From a virus, in IMG/VR virus record IMGVR_UViG_3300032326_001134, positions 1 to 64,000 of that record: a stretch of 64,000 bases of DNA, one strand, 5' to 3'. Positions 10,204-19,487 of the stretch are shown here, in pieces; positions within the stretch are counted from its first letter, which is position 1, and each line of letters begins with the position of its first letter. A model generated the notes under the pieces. That model made no database searches and had not been told where the DNA came from. It worked only from the letters and a program-made list of their open reading frames with translations. The translations under genes and the position numbers were made by a program.

Positions 10204-10791
10204 ATGAAATCATTTTATAAAGAAAATGTATTTAGCAGCGGTGACTTTAGTTTAATTAAAAGTCACGTGATCAGTCACATAGAATCCTCAGATGATTTTA
10301 AGTATACAAAAATCTATGGTAGATACTGGAACACTATTCATTTCCCTGAAGAAATAAACCAATTATTAATTAAAACTTCCAGGGATGGATTTGATGTTAA
10401 TAATTTAGAAATAGTATATTCGCAATGCGTAAAGTATCAGATAGTAGATGGAGTTATACCATCTTTAGGAAACCATGTAGATAACTTTTATGCTACTCAT
10501 ACATTAAATATTATTGTAGACTCAACTCTAAACTGGCCCTTAACGGTTGAAGGTGTAGATTTTCCAAGCATAACCAACTCGGCGGTATTTTTAAAAGGAG
10601 ATGAGGATTTTCATAGCAGGCCAGAATATCCATCATCCAGCGAAGATGATTATGTTATAGCAATTTTTGTAAATTTAGCACCAGAAGACAGTGAAATAAT
10701 TAAAAAAACAAAAGAATTTAGAAGTTTGCCAAAAGAAGCCCAAGATGTAATTAGATTAAAGATGACTCCTAACGATGTGAATCTCTATTGA
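10204..10791 (+). CDS. 2OG-Fe(II) oxygenase-like
   Basis: HVD...WPL...HSR. Confidence 0.7.
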   Translation: MKSFYKENVFSSGDFSLIKSHVISHIESSDDFKYTKIYGRYWNTIHFPEEINQLLIKTSRDGFDVNNLEIVYSQCVKYQIVDGVIPSLGNHVDNFYATHTLNIIVDSTLNWPLTVEGVDFPSITNSAVFLKGDEDFHSRPEYPSSSEDDYVIAIFVNLAPEDSEIIKKTKEFRSLPKEAQDVIRLKMTPNDVNLY

Positions 10792-10823
10792 CAATTATAG
10801 GATGATTATATATAATATATAAT

Positions 10824-11129
10824 ATGATAGTCGACGACAACAATTTTGAAAAAGCTATTGCTACCCATAAAGTAATTTTAATTGATTTCTGGGCAGAATG
10901 GTGTAGGCCGTGCAAAATGTTTTCTCCGATTTTAGATGAAATATCTGAAGAATGTTCCATATGGATTGGCAAAATAAATGCAGACGAAAATAAGGAAATG
11001 GTAGAAAAATATAATGTTATATCTTTACCAACTACAATTGTTTTTGAGAATGGCAAAGAAGTAAAGAGAATTATTGGGGCAAAGCCAAAACATTTAATGC
11101 TAAAGGAGATTGAGCAATGGATGAATTAG
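10824..11129 (+). CDS. trxA: Thioredoxin
   Basis: DFWAEWCRPCK active site, cis-Pro motif LPT. Confidence 0.92.
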   Translation: MIVDDNNFEKAIATHKVILIDFWAEWCRPCKMFSPILDEISEECSIWIGKINADENKEMVEKYNVISLPTTIVFENGKEVKRIIGAKPKHLMLKEIEQWMN

Positions 11130-11320
11130 AGCCTGACAATGAATATATAAATCACGTAGAGTTTGAAATATGGCTTAAAAATGGTTATGATCGTGGATGG
11201 GTATCGGACGTATTTTGCAATACACATGATGTACCGCCTATGTCTGACGACGAAATGCAAGAATGGGAAGAGGGCGGAGACCCTTGTTCTTTTCAAGTAA
11301 AAATATATGAATTAAATTAA
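11117..11320 (+). CDS. Hypothetical phage protein
   Basis: C.THD..P...E..EWEEGGDPC motif; coupled ORF. Confidence 0.65.
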   Translation: MDELEPDNEYINHVEFEIWLKNGYDRGWVSDVFCNTHDVPPMSDDEMQEWEEGGDPCSFQVKIYELN

Positions 11321-11422
11321 ACACAACATTTGTGTCACATAAACGTCTTATATATTGTGATATAAATATACCACATAGATTCCTGTACTCATAAGAGGCA
11401 GGTAAAAAGGAGAATAAATTAA

Positions 11423-12424
11423 ATGAACTCATTTAAGAAAGTATCGCTAATCATTGCTGCAGCCCTGACTAGCACAATGCTTGTATCGCCAGCAGCTCAG
11501 GCTAATGCTGGAACTGTCACGTTAACGGTGGCGGGAACTGCAGCAACAGGTGGAACAGTAGTAACAACTCCTGTATCTCTACCAGTACCAGCAGATAACA
11601 GTGTAGATGCAGCAGATGCATTGAAGATCGCCGTAACAGGCGTAGACACTGGAACAGCAGTAACAGCAGTTGCAGTAAATGCAACACTTGTTCCTGCGCT
11701 ATCAGCAACTGGTGCAGCAGTAACAGCATCATCTGGATCCTCAACGCTATCAATTGCAACAGGAACTGGAACATCAGCAGACTTTTATGTATATACTAAA
11801 AGTACAGCAGTAGGATCAGTATCGATTACTCGTGCTGGAACTACAACAGTTTATTATGTACAAGGTACCGCAGGTGCTTTGAACTCAATTACATTAACCG
11901 CTCCTGCCTCAGCAGCAGCAGGTACATCACAGGTGCTTAAGGTATCTGGATTCGACGTGTTTGGTAATCTAAAGGGTGGAGCCACAATTAATACTTTGGT
12001 TTCAAGCTCTGGTGCAGCACTGGTAACAGCGCTAACAACTGACACAACAACAGCAACACTTGGAACAAAAGAGCAGACAGTAACAATTCCTGCAACTGGT
12101 TCAGTAACAGTAGTTGCATATGCAACAGTAGCAGCAGCCGTAACAGGCTTAGCAGCACCAGTAGGTTCTGTAAGCGCTACAATTGCAGTTCGTGATATTG
12201 CTGGTGAATTGTCAGCAAAGAACGCAGAATTAGCAGCAGCTAATGCAGCACTAAAGGCAGCACAGGATGCCCTAGCAGCAGAAAAGGCTGCTCGTGCAAC
12301 TGATTCTGCAACTGCTAAAGCAGCATCAGATCTTGCCAAGGCTACCTATATTGCAGAATATAATGCTCTTGCAAAGAAATGGAACGCCAAGAATCCTCGT
12401 GCAAAGGTAAAGCTAAAGAAGTAA
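11423..12424 (+). CDS. Secreted Ala/Thr/Val-rich surface protein (S-layer/Ig-like beta-rich) with C-terminal coiled coil
   Basis: Signal peptide ending AQA, strong AAGGAG RBS, own terminator; C-terminus resembles that of the subtilase (..KWN.K). Confidence 0.7.
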   Translation: MNSFKKVSLIIAAALTSTMLVSPAAQANAGTVTLTVAGTAATGGTVVTTPVSLPVPADNSVDAADALKIAVTGVDTGTAVTAVAVNATLVPALSATGAAVTASSGSSTLSIATGTGTSADFYVYTKSTAVGSVSITRAGTTTVYYVQGTAGALNSITLTAPASAAAGTSQVLKVSGFDVFGNLKGGATINTLVSSSGAALVTALTTDTTTATLGTKEQTVTIPATGSVTVVAYATVAAAVTGLAAPVGSVSATIAVRDIAGELSAKNAELAAANAALKAAQDALAAEKAARATDSATAKAASDLAKATYIAEYNALAKKWNAKNPRAKVKLKK

Positions 12425-12434
12425 TTCTTTAATT

Positions 12435-12468
12435 TAAAGGGGCAGGGCCGAAAGGTCTTGCCCCTTTA
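12435..12468 (+). terminator. Intrinsic terminator hairpin
   Basis: taaaggggcagggcc-gaaa-ggtcttgcccctttaa. Confidence 0.8.
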
Positions 12469-12492
12469 ATATATAAATGATAGAATGGTATT

Positions 12493-12693
12493 ATGGAATC
12501 AAATAAAAGAACGTTATTAAAAACAGCAAGCTGGGAAACATTTCACCTTGTTGGGGTGTCTGGTGTAATATATCTATTTACCAGAGAATGGGAATATGCA
12601 AGTCTTGGAGCCTTAATGTATATTGGCTGGGAAGCACTTGGTTATTATTTACATGAAAGAGTTTGGGCTAGATTTGGAAATAAAATTAAATAA
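12493..12693 (+). CDS. DUF2061-like small membrane protein
   Basis: RTLLKTASW...YYLHERVW. Confidence 0.75.
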   Translation: MESNKRTLLKTASWETFHLVGVSGVIYLFTREWEYASLGALMYIGWEALGYYLHERVWARFGNKIK

Positions 12694-12886
12694 TGACTTC
12701 TGGTAATTGTGAAATTGCAGGATGCAGTAAAAAAGCAACAAGGATAGCCTTATCAGAGTCAAAAACAATATCAATATGCACAGATTGCTATAATTTACAG
12801 TATAAATCTTAATCAACTAAATGCTATAATATATCTATGGATGGACTTCTAGACCCATCTAAATACAAACCTATAGGAGAAACAAA

Positions 12887-13045
12887 ATGTCAGACGGAAA
12901 AGATTTAAACGGATTTACATCACCAAAGGTAAATAGCTCATCACCATGGGCAACAGAGTCATACACAGAGGCACCAGCTGCTGCTTTCCCAGCAACAGAC
13001 AAGTCATCACAAGATGGCGCAGGACTAAATAACGGCGGTAAGTAA
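12887..13045 (+). CDS. 52-aa low-complexity peptide (not in the ORF track)
   Basis: TGCTATAAT upstream, AGGAGA RBS; MSDGKDLNGFTSPK...GAGLNNGGK. Confidence 0.6.
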   Translation: MSDGKDLNGFTSPKVNSSSPWATESYTEAPAAAFPATDKSSQDGAGLNNGGK

Positions 13046-13047
13046 TA

Positions 13048-13197
13048 ATGTGTTTTGAATGCGGATGCGAATCAGTTGGAAGCACAACAGGAGTCACTCC
13101 AGTTACAGTTACTGATGTTTCAAGAGATGGGGAAGCAGGTTTAACATTAAACATGACTTCAACACCTGAGCAGACAAGACAATTTATTAATGAGTGA
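13048..13197 (+). CDS. 49-aa peptide with N-terminal MCxxCGC (not in the ORF track)
   Basis: MCFECGCESVGSTTGVTPV...; sits between two coupled ORFs. Confidence 0.6.
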   Translation: MCFECGCESVGSTTGVTPVTVTDVSRDGEAGLTLNMTSTPEQTRQFINE

Positions 13198-13408
13198 AAA
13201 CGGAACTGGTATGTCTACTCCACCAAATAATGAACCATCTGGTGCAGTAAGCTCACAAGATGCTGGTAGAAAGAAACCAAGTCAAGGAAAATTTAGATCT
13301 GGTTTCCCTACACAAAAAACACCAATGAAAGTTGATACAAATAAACATGGCATACGCCGTGAAACCAACACAGGCCCAAAGAAAACTGGAAAGCCAAAGA
13401 AGGTTTAA
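13190..13408 (+). CDS. Small basic disordered protein
   Basis: Coupled ORF, Lys/Pro/Gly-rich. Confidence 0.6.
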   Translation: MSENGTGMSTPPNNEPSGAVSSQDAGRKKPSQGKFRSGFPTQKTPMKVDTNKHGIRRETNTGPKKTGKPKKV

Positions 13409-13526
13409 TTATGTGCCAAATGTCAATATGCAGTTCTTCTGAGCTGCATATTGACATTGTAAGAACAATAGATGATCAAATAGATAAAGCAGAAGAAACA
13501 GGAATTATTTAGCAGAAAGAGTTTTA

Positions 13527-14282
13527 ATGATTATTCAAGTAATTGGATTACCAGGGGCTGGCAAGTCTACATTTGCAAAAGAGTTAGCAGATAGAATTAA
13601 TGGTATACATTTAAATGCCGATGAAGTAAGAGCAGAATTAAATAGTGATCTAGGGTTTACGCCAGAAGATAGAATTGAGCAAGCACGTAGAATGGGTGCG
13701 CTATCTAGATTATTAAGTAAACAGGGATATCATGTAGTTGTAGATTTTGTTAATCCAATAAAAGAAACTAGAGATGCATTCGGCAAGCCAGATAAGGTTG
13801 TATGGATGAATCGTAAACCAGTTAGAAATTTTCCTGACACAACGGCAATGTGGGAAACGCCACATAATGTAGATTTAATGTTTGATGATTTAATTGAATA
13901 TACTGATGCTGCAAGAATAGCATGCATAGATTTTCAATTACACGACTGGAGACGTCCTACAACACTGATGCTGGGCCGATATCAGCCATGGCATGAGGGA
14001 CATCATGCGCTATATCAAGAAGCTGGGCAGAGAACAGATCAAGTGATGCTCGGAGTCAGAAATACATACAAGACAAGCGAGAAAGATCCATTAGATTTTG
14101 ATCAAGTAAAAGAGTACATATCAAAAGATCCAGTAATGGAAAAGGCAATGGTTGTTAGGATGCCTAACATTACTAATATTGTATATGGTCGTGATGTTGG
14201 ATACAAAATTGAGCAAGTATCTTTAGGATCAGACATTGAAGCAATTTCTGCAACACAAAAAAGAAAAGAAATGGGAATATGA
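13527..14282 (+). CDS. cysC: Adenylylsulfate (APS) kinase-like domain fused to HxGH nucleotidyltransferase domain
   Basis: GLPGAGKST P-loop and LNADEVR...DLGF...R as in CysC; second domain GRYQPWHEGH. Confidence 0.8.
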   Translation: MIIQVIGLPGAGKSTFAKELADRINGIHLNADEVRAELNSDLGFTPEDRIEQARRMGALSRLLSKQGYHVVVDFVNPIKETRDAFGKPDKVVWMNRKPVRNFPDTTAMWETPHNVDLMFDDLIEYTDAARIACIDFQLHDWRRPTTLMLGRYQPWHEGHHALYQEAGQRTDQVMLGVRNTYKTSEKDPLDFDQVKEYISKDPVMEKAMVVRMPNITNIVYGRDVGYKIEQVSLGSDIEAISATQKRKEMGI

Positions 14283-14367
14283 CGATTATAGAAATAATTT
14301 CTTTATCTGCATTTGCTTTGTTTCTTTTTTATTTTGTATATAAATATGGTAGATATGGTGACGGTGA

Positions 14368-14574
14368 ATGACGGTAACAAGGGCTAGATCGTTTACAAAG
14401 GCCCTAAGTTATAGAATTTGGGGCACACTTTCGTCTTTTGCTGTAGCCTATGTAATTACAAAGAATGCAACACTTTCAGGTGCTATTGCGTTTTGGGAAA
14501 CGGTAGTTAAAATATTTATATATTACGCACATGAGCGTGGATGGAATTATATACAATGGGGAAGAAATAAATGA
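14368..14574 (+). CDS. DUF2061-like small membrane protein
   Basis: RSFTKALSYR...YYAHERGW. Confidence 0.8.
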   Translation: MTVTRARSFTKALSYRIWGTLSSFAVAYVITKNATLSGAIAFWETVVKIFIYYAHERGWNYIQWGRNK

Positions 14575-15845
14575 AAAAGATCTTAAAGCATGCTGGCAAC
14601 ATGTATGAGCTACTAAATTTTGCCGTCACCAGATATAGCAAGGTTAAGGTTAAAGAAAGAATTTTTCATGGTAATGGCACTGGTTACTATGGAAATTTTA
14701 CTTTAAATAAAGATTTATCTGAGTACACTAACTCACAATTTTTAACTAATGTGGGTAAGAAATTTAAAGTAGCCGTAAGGTTTTCTAATACTATATCGGA
14801 CCACGGAACCCCAGAAATTTTGAGGGACAGCAGAGGATTTTGTATAAGGTTTTTTGGAGATAATGAGTCTTGGGATGTGCTTGGGTTAAGCACACCAATA
14901 CAATGGATTGATGTTGTAGAAGACACAATGACATTTCACGACATTATGAATAGAGATACAGCAAGTAATGTCTTAGAGTATGACAATAAATGGAATTTTG
15001 TAAGCAATACGCCTTCTGCTCTTCATGTAATCACTATGATTTACTCTGATACTGGTATCCCTAAAGGCTGGGAGAATATGAATGGATACGGATGTAATGT
15101 ATTTTCTTTAATTAAAGAAGATGGAAAAAGAACTTGGGTTAAGTTCCATTTTAAAACACAACAGGGCAGGGATTTTTATACAGACGAAGAGGCTGCTTTA
15201 GCTTCATTTTATGAGCCAGATCAATACACAAGAAAAATAAATAAGAAAATAAGATCTGGCAATTTCCCAAAATGGAAAGTGGCTATTCAATTAATGGAAG
15301 AAGATCAATGGAAAGACTTTGACTATAATGTTTTTTCTACCACTAACATATGGCCACATAAAGACTTTCCTCTAATTGAGATAGGTGAGTTTGAATTAAA
15401 TTCTTTATCCTCTGATCAAATAGAAGAATTTGAAAAAATGGCATTTGCACCTGGTAATTTGCCAACAGGGATAGGGATGTCACCAGACTATAGCTTAGCT
15501 TTAAGAATAAATGCCTATCCAAAAATGCAACAGGTCAGGCTAAATAAAAAAATAAACGAGCTTCCTATTCATATCAAGAAAGACATGGATCGATACAAGA
15601 ACAATTTTGTTTGGCTAGAGTGCCAAAATAGGCAGGACGAAGAGTATTACTATAGTCAGCCTAGGAACCTATGGAGTTTGTTTGATCAAGATCAAAAGAA
15701 TAGACTATATAAGAATATTGCAAAGCCACTGTCAAAAGCAAACAAGGAAACAATCGACAAGGTAATTGCTCAGTTTAACAAGATACATCCAGACTATGCT
15801 TATGGCGTCGTTAGAGAAATAGAAAATAATGCTAAACAGGATTAA
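14571..15845 (+). CDS. Heme catalase-family protein, divergent
   Basis: ERIFHG (distal His), VRFS, RDSRGF, MNGYG, WVKFHFK, AFAPGN, R...Y proximal ligand (RINAY). Confidence 0.85.
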   Translation: MKKILKHAGNMYELLNFAVTRYSKVKVKERIFHGNGTGYYGNFTLNKDLSEYTNSQFLTNVGKKFKVAVRFSNTISDHGTPEILRDSRGFCIRFFGDNESWDVLGLSTPIQWIDVVEDTMTFHDIMNRDTASNVLEYDNKWNFVSNTPSALHVITMIYSDTGIPKGWENMNGYGCNVFSLIKEDGKRTWVKFHFKTQQGRDFYTDEEAALASFYEPDQYTRKINKKIRSGNFPKWKVAIQLMEEDQWKDFDYNVFSTTNIWPHKDFPLIEIGEFELNSLSSDQIEEFEKMAFAPGNLPTGIGMSPDYSLALRINAYPKMQQVRLNKKINELPIHIKKDMDRYKNNFVWLECQNRQDEEYYYSQPRNLWSLFDQDQKNRLYKNIAKPLSKANKETIDKVIAQFNKIHPDYAYGVVREIENNAKQD

Positions 15846-16283
15846 ATGTAAAATATTTAAACATTTGTATGCTCAAACATCATGTCCATTTACTGGCCTA
15901 ACCTATAACTTATGTAAAAGGTGTGGGTATGCTTATGCTGTTAATTAAAGCTTACATATTAGATCCAGTATTTGTATTTATAAGAACACTATCAATTAAT
16001 GTATATTTATTTACATTCTCATACATCAACTTTATTATTAAGAATCTTGGAATAAACATTAATAATAAAATGAGAAAGAGAAAGCCTTTTGTAATAGTAA
16101 AAGAAAGCATTGTAGCCTGCGTAGCCACATCCATACCTGTTATGATATACTACCTATTATGGATAATTATATTCAATTAGAATTAGATCTATACTCAGAG
16201 ATAGGTTATTCTACTGGAAAATGGTCGGATGATGACGACATGGGAATAACCCCATTTTTAGGCCCAAATAGATAAGGATAGAC

Positions 16284-16664
16284 ATGATATATCACAAACA
16301 CCTATTAGTAAATGCTAAAGTAAAGAACCCTATGAACACAGAGGAACAAGGTATAGAGTTTCTCAGGGATTTAGTAAACCAGATTGATATGAAGATTATT
16401 AAAGGTCCCTTTGCCAGCTATGTAGACAAGGACGGAAACAAAGGTCTTACAGCTATTGTAATGATAGAGACAAGCCATATAGCCTTCCATATTTGGGATG
16501 AGGCAGACCCAGGATTAATCCAATTTGATCTATATACATGCGGTCAATTAAAATTAGATAAAGTTATATCTCTATTTAAAGATACATTTGATGTAGTATC
16601 TTTAGACTATGTCCTATTTGATAGAGAAAATGGATTTAAGGTTGAGGCAGAAGGAAATCTATGA
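16284..16664 (+). CDS. speD: Pyruvoyl-dependent S-adenosylmethionine decarboxylase-like protein
   Basis: GLTAIVMIETSHIAFHIWDE...DLYTCG. Confidence 0.8.
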   Translation: MIYHKHLLVNAKVKNPMNTEEQGIEFLRDLVNQIDMKIIKGPFASYVDKDGNKGLTAIVMIETSHIAFHIWDEADPGLIQFDLYTCGQLKLDKVISLFKDTFDVVSLDYVLFDRENGFKVEAEGNL

Positions 16665-17043
16665 TGGTGGGTAAATAATGAATTCATTGCTTTGGTTTTT
16701 TTTTGGATTAGGTATTGGGTTGGCACTAGATTTTGTATTGGTGCTACATATGCTTAAGCCTATTAAAAATCGTATTGATAAACTTGAATCAGAAGTAAAT
16801 CTTTGAAAGAGTTAAAAGCTTACTGTAAATATTGTGAGACGGTTACAGAGGGCAAGATAACAGCAATTAGAAGGCTTGAGTCAGGAAACTACATGCATGT
16901 AGGAGAATGCTCAGTATGTTGCTATGAGATCAAAAGAATAGTCCCTAAGCCTAAAGAAATTATAGTTGACTAGAATATATACATCATATATACTATATAG
17001 ATCCCAATTAGTGCGAAAAAAGTGCGGCGAGGAGAGAGAGAGC

Positions 17044-17343
17044 ATGTTATTTAAATTTGTAGAAATGTTGATGAGGCCACGGCGCCTCAGAGAGGCCATT
17101 GAGGCAGTTGTTCATGAAAATGACGACATTCTAAAGGCCCTAGAAGAATATGAAAAGAACGATAATCCAACCAATTTATCTTGGGAAGAGGGCGGGCTCT
17201 GGAAGGGCTGGAATTATAATGAGTCAGATGGTAGATATTACTTTGATGACTATGGCACAGAGAACTTTATTGATTTAATAGATAGCTGGAATAAGGTTAA
17301 AAACCTTTATGATGATATCAATATAAATAAGAGTCTATTTTAG
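17044..17343 (+). CDS. Hypothetical protein
   Basis: Likely start MLFKFVE after GGAG; TTGACT-17-TATACT promoter at ~16966-16994. Confidence 0.55.
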   Translation: MLFKFVEMLMRPRRLREAIEAVVHENDDILKALEEYEKNDNPTNLSWEEGGLWKGWNYNESDGRYYFDDYGTENFIDLIDSWNKVKNLYDDININKSLF

Positions 17344-17901
17344 TATACATTTTTCAAGAGCTCTTTTATGCTCATATTTAGATCTAAACATGCCAAAGTC
17401 TCCAGGTAAATGATTTGTGTAGTTTATAGATTTCCATATAGGAGAGTTTTCGCTAGAAACTAGGTGGTCTGGGCCATCAAACAGCTGATTTACATACTCT
17501 GCATCTCTGACCTCTAAAGACATCTCTTTGGCCAAGTAATCTATTACCTCATCTGGGCGGGAAACAAGATCATCGTAATCTATAATGATGTCTGCTTTAT
17601 CTATCATATATTGGTATAGGTTAATATACTCATTTGCAGGGAAGCGATAGACCCCATCTTCAGATTCAAATTTAAATTTCGGGGATTCTGGAAAGGTAAG
17701 AACCAAAGCTACCAATGAATGCATAATCCTATATGGACATCTAGCGATAGATATTATCTTGCTATCTCCTGTATCAGATATAGAGTTAGTCTTAGGGATA
17801 AGAATCTCATCTGGGCTATTTGGATCATATAGCTTTTGCTTAATCAATTGCTGTAGGTAACTTGATCCAGATCTGGGATATGTGAGTATCATATAGTTCA
17901 T
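17335..17901 (-). CDS. Sulfotransferase-like protein
   Basis: YPRSGSSYL 5'-PSB loop; IARCP...S; IDYDDL. Confidence 0.65.
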   Translation of the reverse strand: MNYMILTYPRSGSSYLQQLIKQKLYDPNSPDEILIPKTNSISDTGDSKIISIARCPYRIMHSLVALVLTFPESPKFKFESEDGVYRFPANEYINLYQYMIDKADIIIDYDDLVSRPDEVIDYLAKEMSLEVRDAEYVNQLFDGPDHLVSSENSPIWKSINYTNHLPGDFGMFRSKYEHKRALEKCILK

Positions 17902-18865
17902 AATCCTAGTATACTATATTTAAATTCAGCTATATAGAGCACTGTAGAACCATCTACAATATGCTCTAAATATGCTTCATACCCTAACTTCCCCCCTCAT
18001 ATAAACACCTCTTAAAACCCCCTTAGAAGGCTTTTAATGCCATTTTCTCCAGATGTCTACCAAAGTAAATACTATTAATTAGATAGCAAATGCTATTAAT
18101 ATATATATAGATAGATATACATGTAATTGGGCGATTCCCCACAACTCCCCGTAATGCTCCATTTTGCCCCACATAGACCCATATGGCATATCATGCCAAT
18201 TTTGTCAAGAGCTTTGGGGGAAATGTTATGCAAATGTGATCATATAATGAGTTCCAGGATATATAAACATGTCCCGTAAAGGGCCAAATTTGCCCACAAT
18301 TTTAATAGATTCTATATATGTTTAATAAGATTAATATACATTTTTGGGAGATTTTGGCCAAATTTCAGGGATTTTTTATACATTATCGTAAAGGAGAAAT
18401 TCTGCCCCTATATAGATATAACAAATGGGACAATGTATATCAAACTGTATATACATATACAATCTGATCACACGTCCCAGATGTTAAATTATTTTAATAT
18501 CTATGTATGTCTAGGTTTCTTAGCTTCTTACTGGATATGAAGCCTGTTCCTAGTTTTCTTCTGTTCCTACTTATTCCGCCTGCCGATCCTGCTTGACTAA
18601 TTGATCTTACTTTATTACTTGCCTGCCCTACCAGCTTTGTAACCGAATCCCTGGAACCAGGGATCTGATCTGCCCACTTATTTAATTGACGGGGACTTGG
18701 AAATGGGCCTAGGTCTTTTTTGATCATTTCTTCCTATATGTTATAGTCACTGGACCACACATTGATTCATAGTATTCTTGGAATTTAGACTTCTGTCTCT
18801 TCTCCGCCCGCTTTACTTTTCTAAAAGCTGCCAAGGCATGATTCTTTTCCCGCCTCCTTGGTGTC

Positions 18866-19135
18866 TCAGCAGCCACGTTCGTGAGCCTCGATTACTTCGG
18901 CTAAGTGGCTTGATAGCATTAGCCCTTCGGAGGTGTATCCGTGTTCCCATTCGACATCAAACCTAGTTGCCTGTTGTCTAATAATCTCAGACATAAGAAT
19001 AACTAGTCTATCTTGTGTATAGAGGGGCAAATGATTAACAATTAAATCGGCACATAGAACTGGATTAAACCAATTATTATCTACTGCCTCTGCTAATGCT
19101 TCTGCGATTTTTTCTTCTTGGATTTTCTTTGCCAT
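18866..19135 (-). CDS. Hypothetical early-region protein
   Basis: ORF with purine-rich RBS. Confidence 0.6.
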   Translation of the reverse strand: MAKKIQEEKIAEALAEAVDNNWFNPVLCADLIVNHLPLYTQDRLVILMSEIIRQQATRFDVEWEHGYTSEGLMLSSHLAEVIEAHERGC

Positions 19136-19226
19136 TTCCGCCTCTTTCTAGTCTTAGTGATTTTACCATACTGGGTTGGGAAGGGTCAAGAGCACGTGCT
19201 CCTAACCCCTCCCAATATTAGATAGA

Positions 19227-19367
19227 TTACTTAGTCTTTACTTCTGCTGTAAACTTCACGCCGTTCTTCTCAGCTTCCGCTAGAGCTTGCTTTGCTGCGC
19301 CTGAGAAACGACCACGGACACCTACTGTAATGCCCTTTGACTTTAGATATTCACGCTTTGTTGCCAT
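19227..19367 (-). CDS. Lsr2-like DNA-binding domain protein, 46 aa (not in the ORF track)
   Basis: MATKREYLKSKGITVGVRGRFSGAAKQALAEA aligns by eye with the Lsr2 C-terminal REW...G..V..RGR motif; GAAAGGGG RBS. Confidence 0.7.
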   Translation of the reverse strand: MATKREYLKSKGITVGVRGRFSGAAKQALAEAEKNGVKFTAEVKTK

Positions 19368-19487
19368 TTGATAATCCCCTTTCGAGAGATATAGTTGTTA
19401 TATTTATTATATAGGATATCCACGAATTTGTAAATACCCTCCGTAAGGGAGAAGATTTGCCCTTGCGGTTCCGCCTATTAAGTTGTC

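Noticed and set aside
11517-12339. Minus-strand ORFs (also 1353-1702, 37241-38917, 60010-63621 and similar)
   Set aside because: Shadow ORFs antisense to well-supported genes with biased codon use.
15923-16180. ORFs 15923..16180 (+) and 15952..16134 (-)
   Set aside because: Overlapping low-complexity AT-rich frames with no recognisable motif; cannot decide which, if either, is real.
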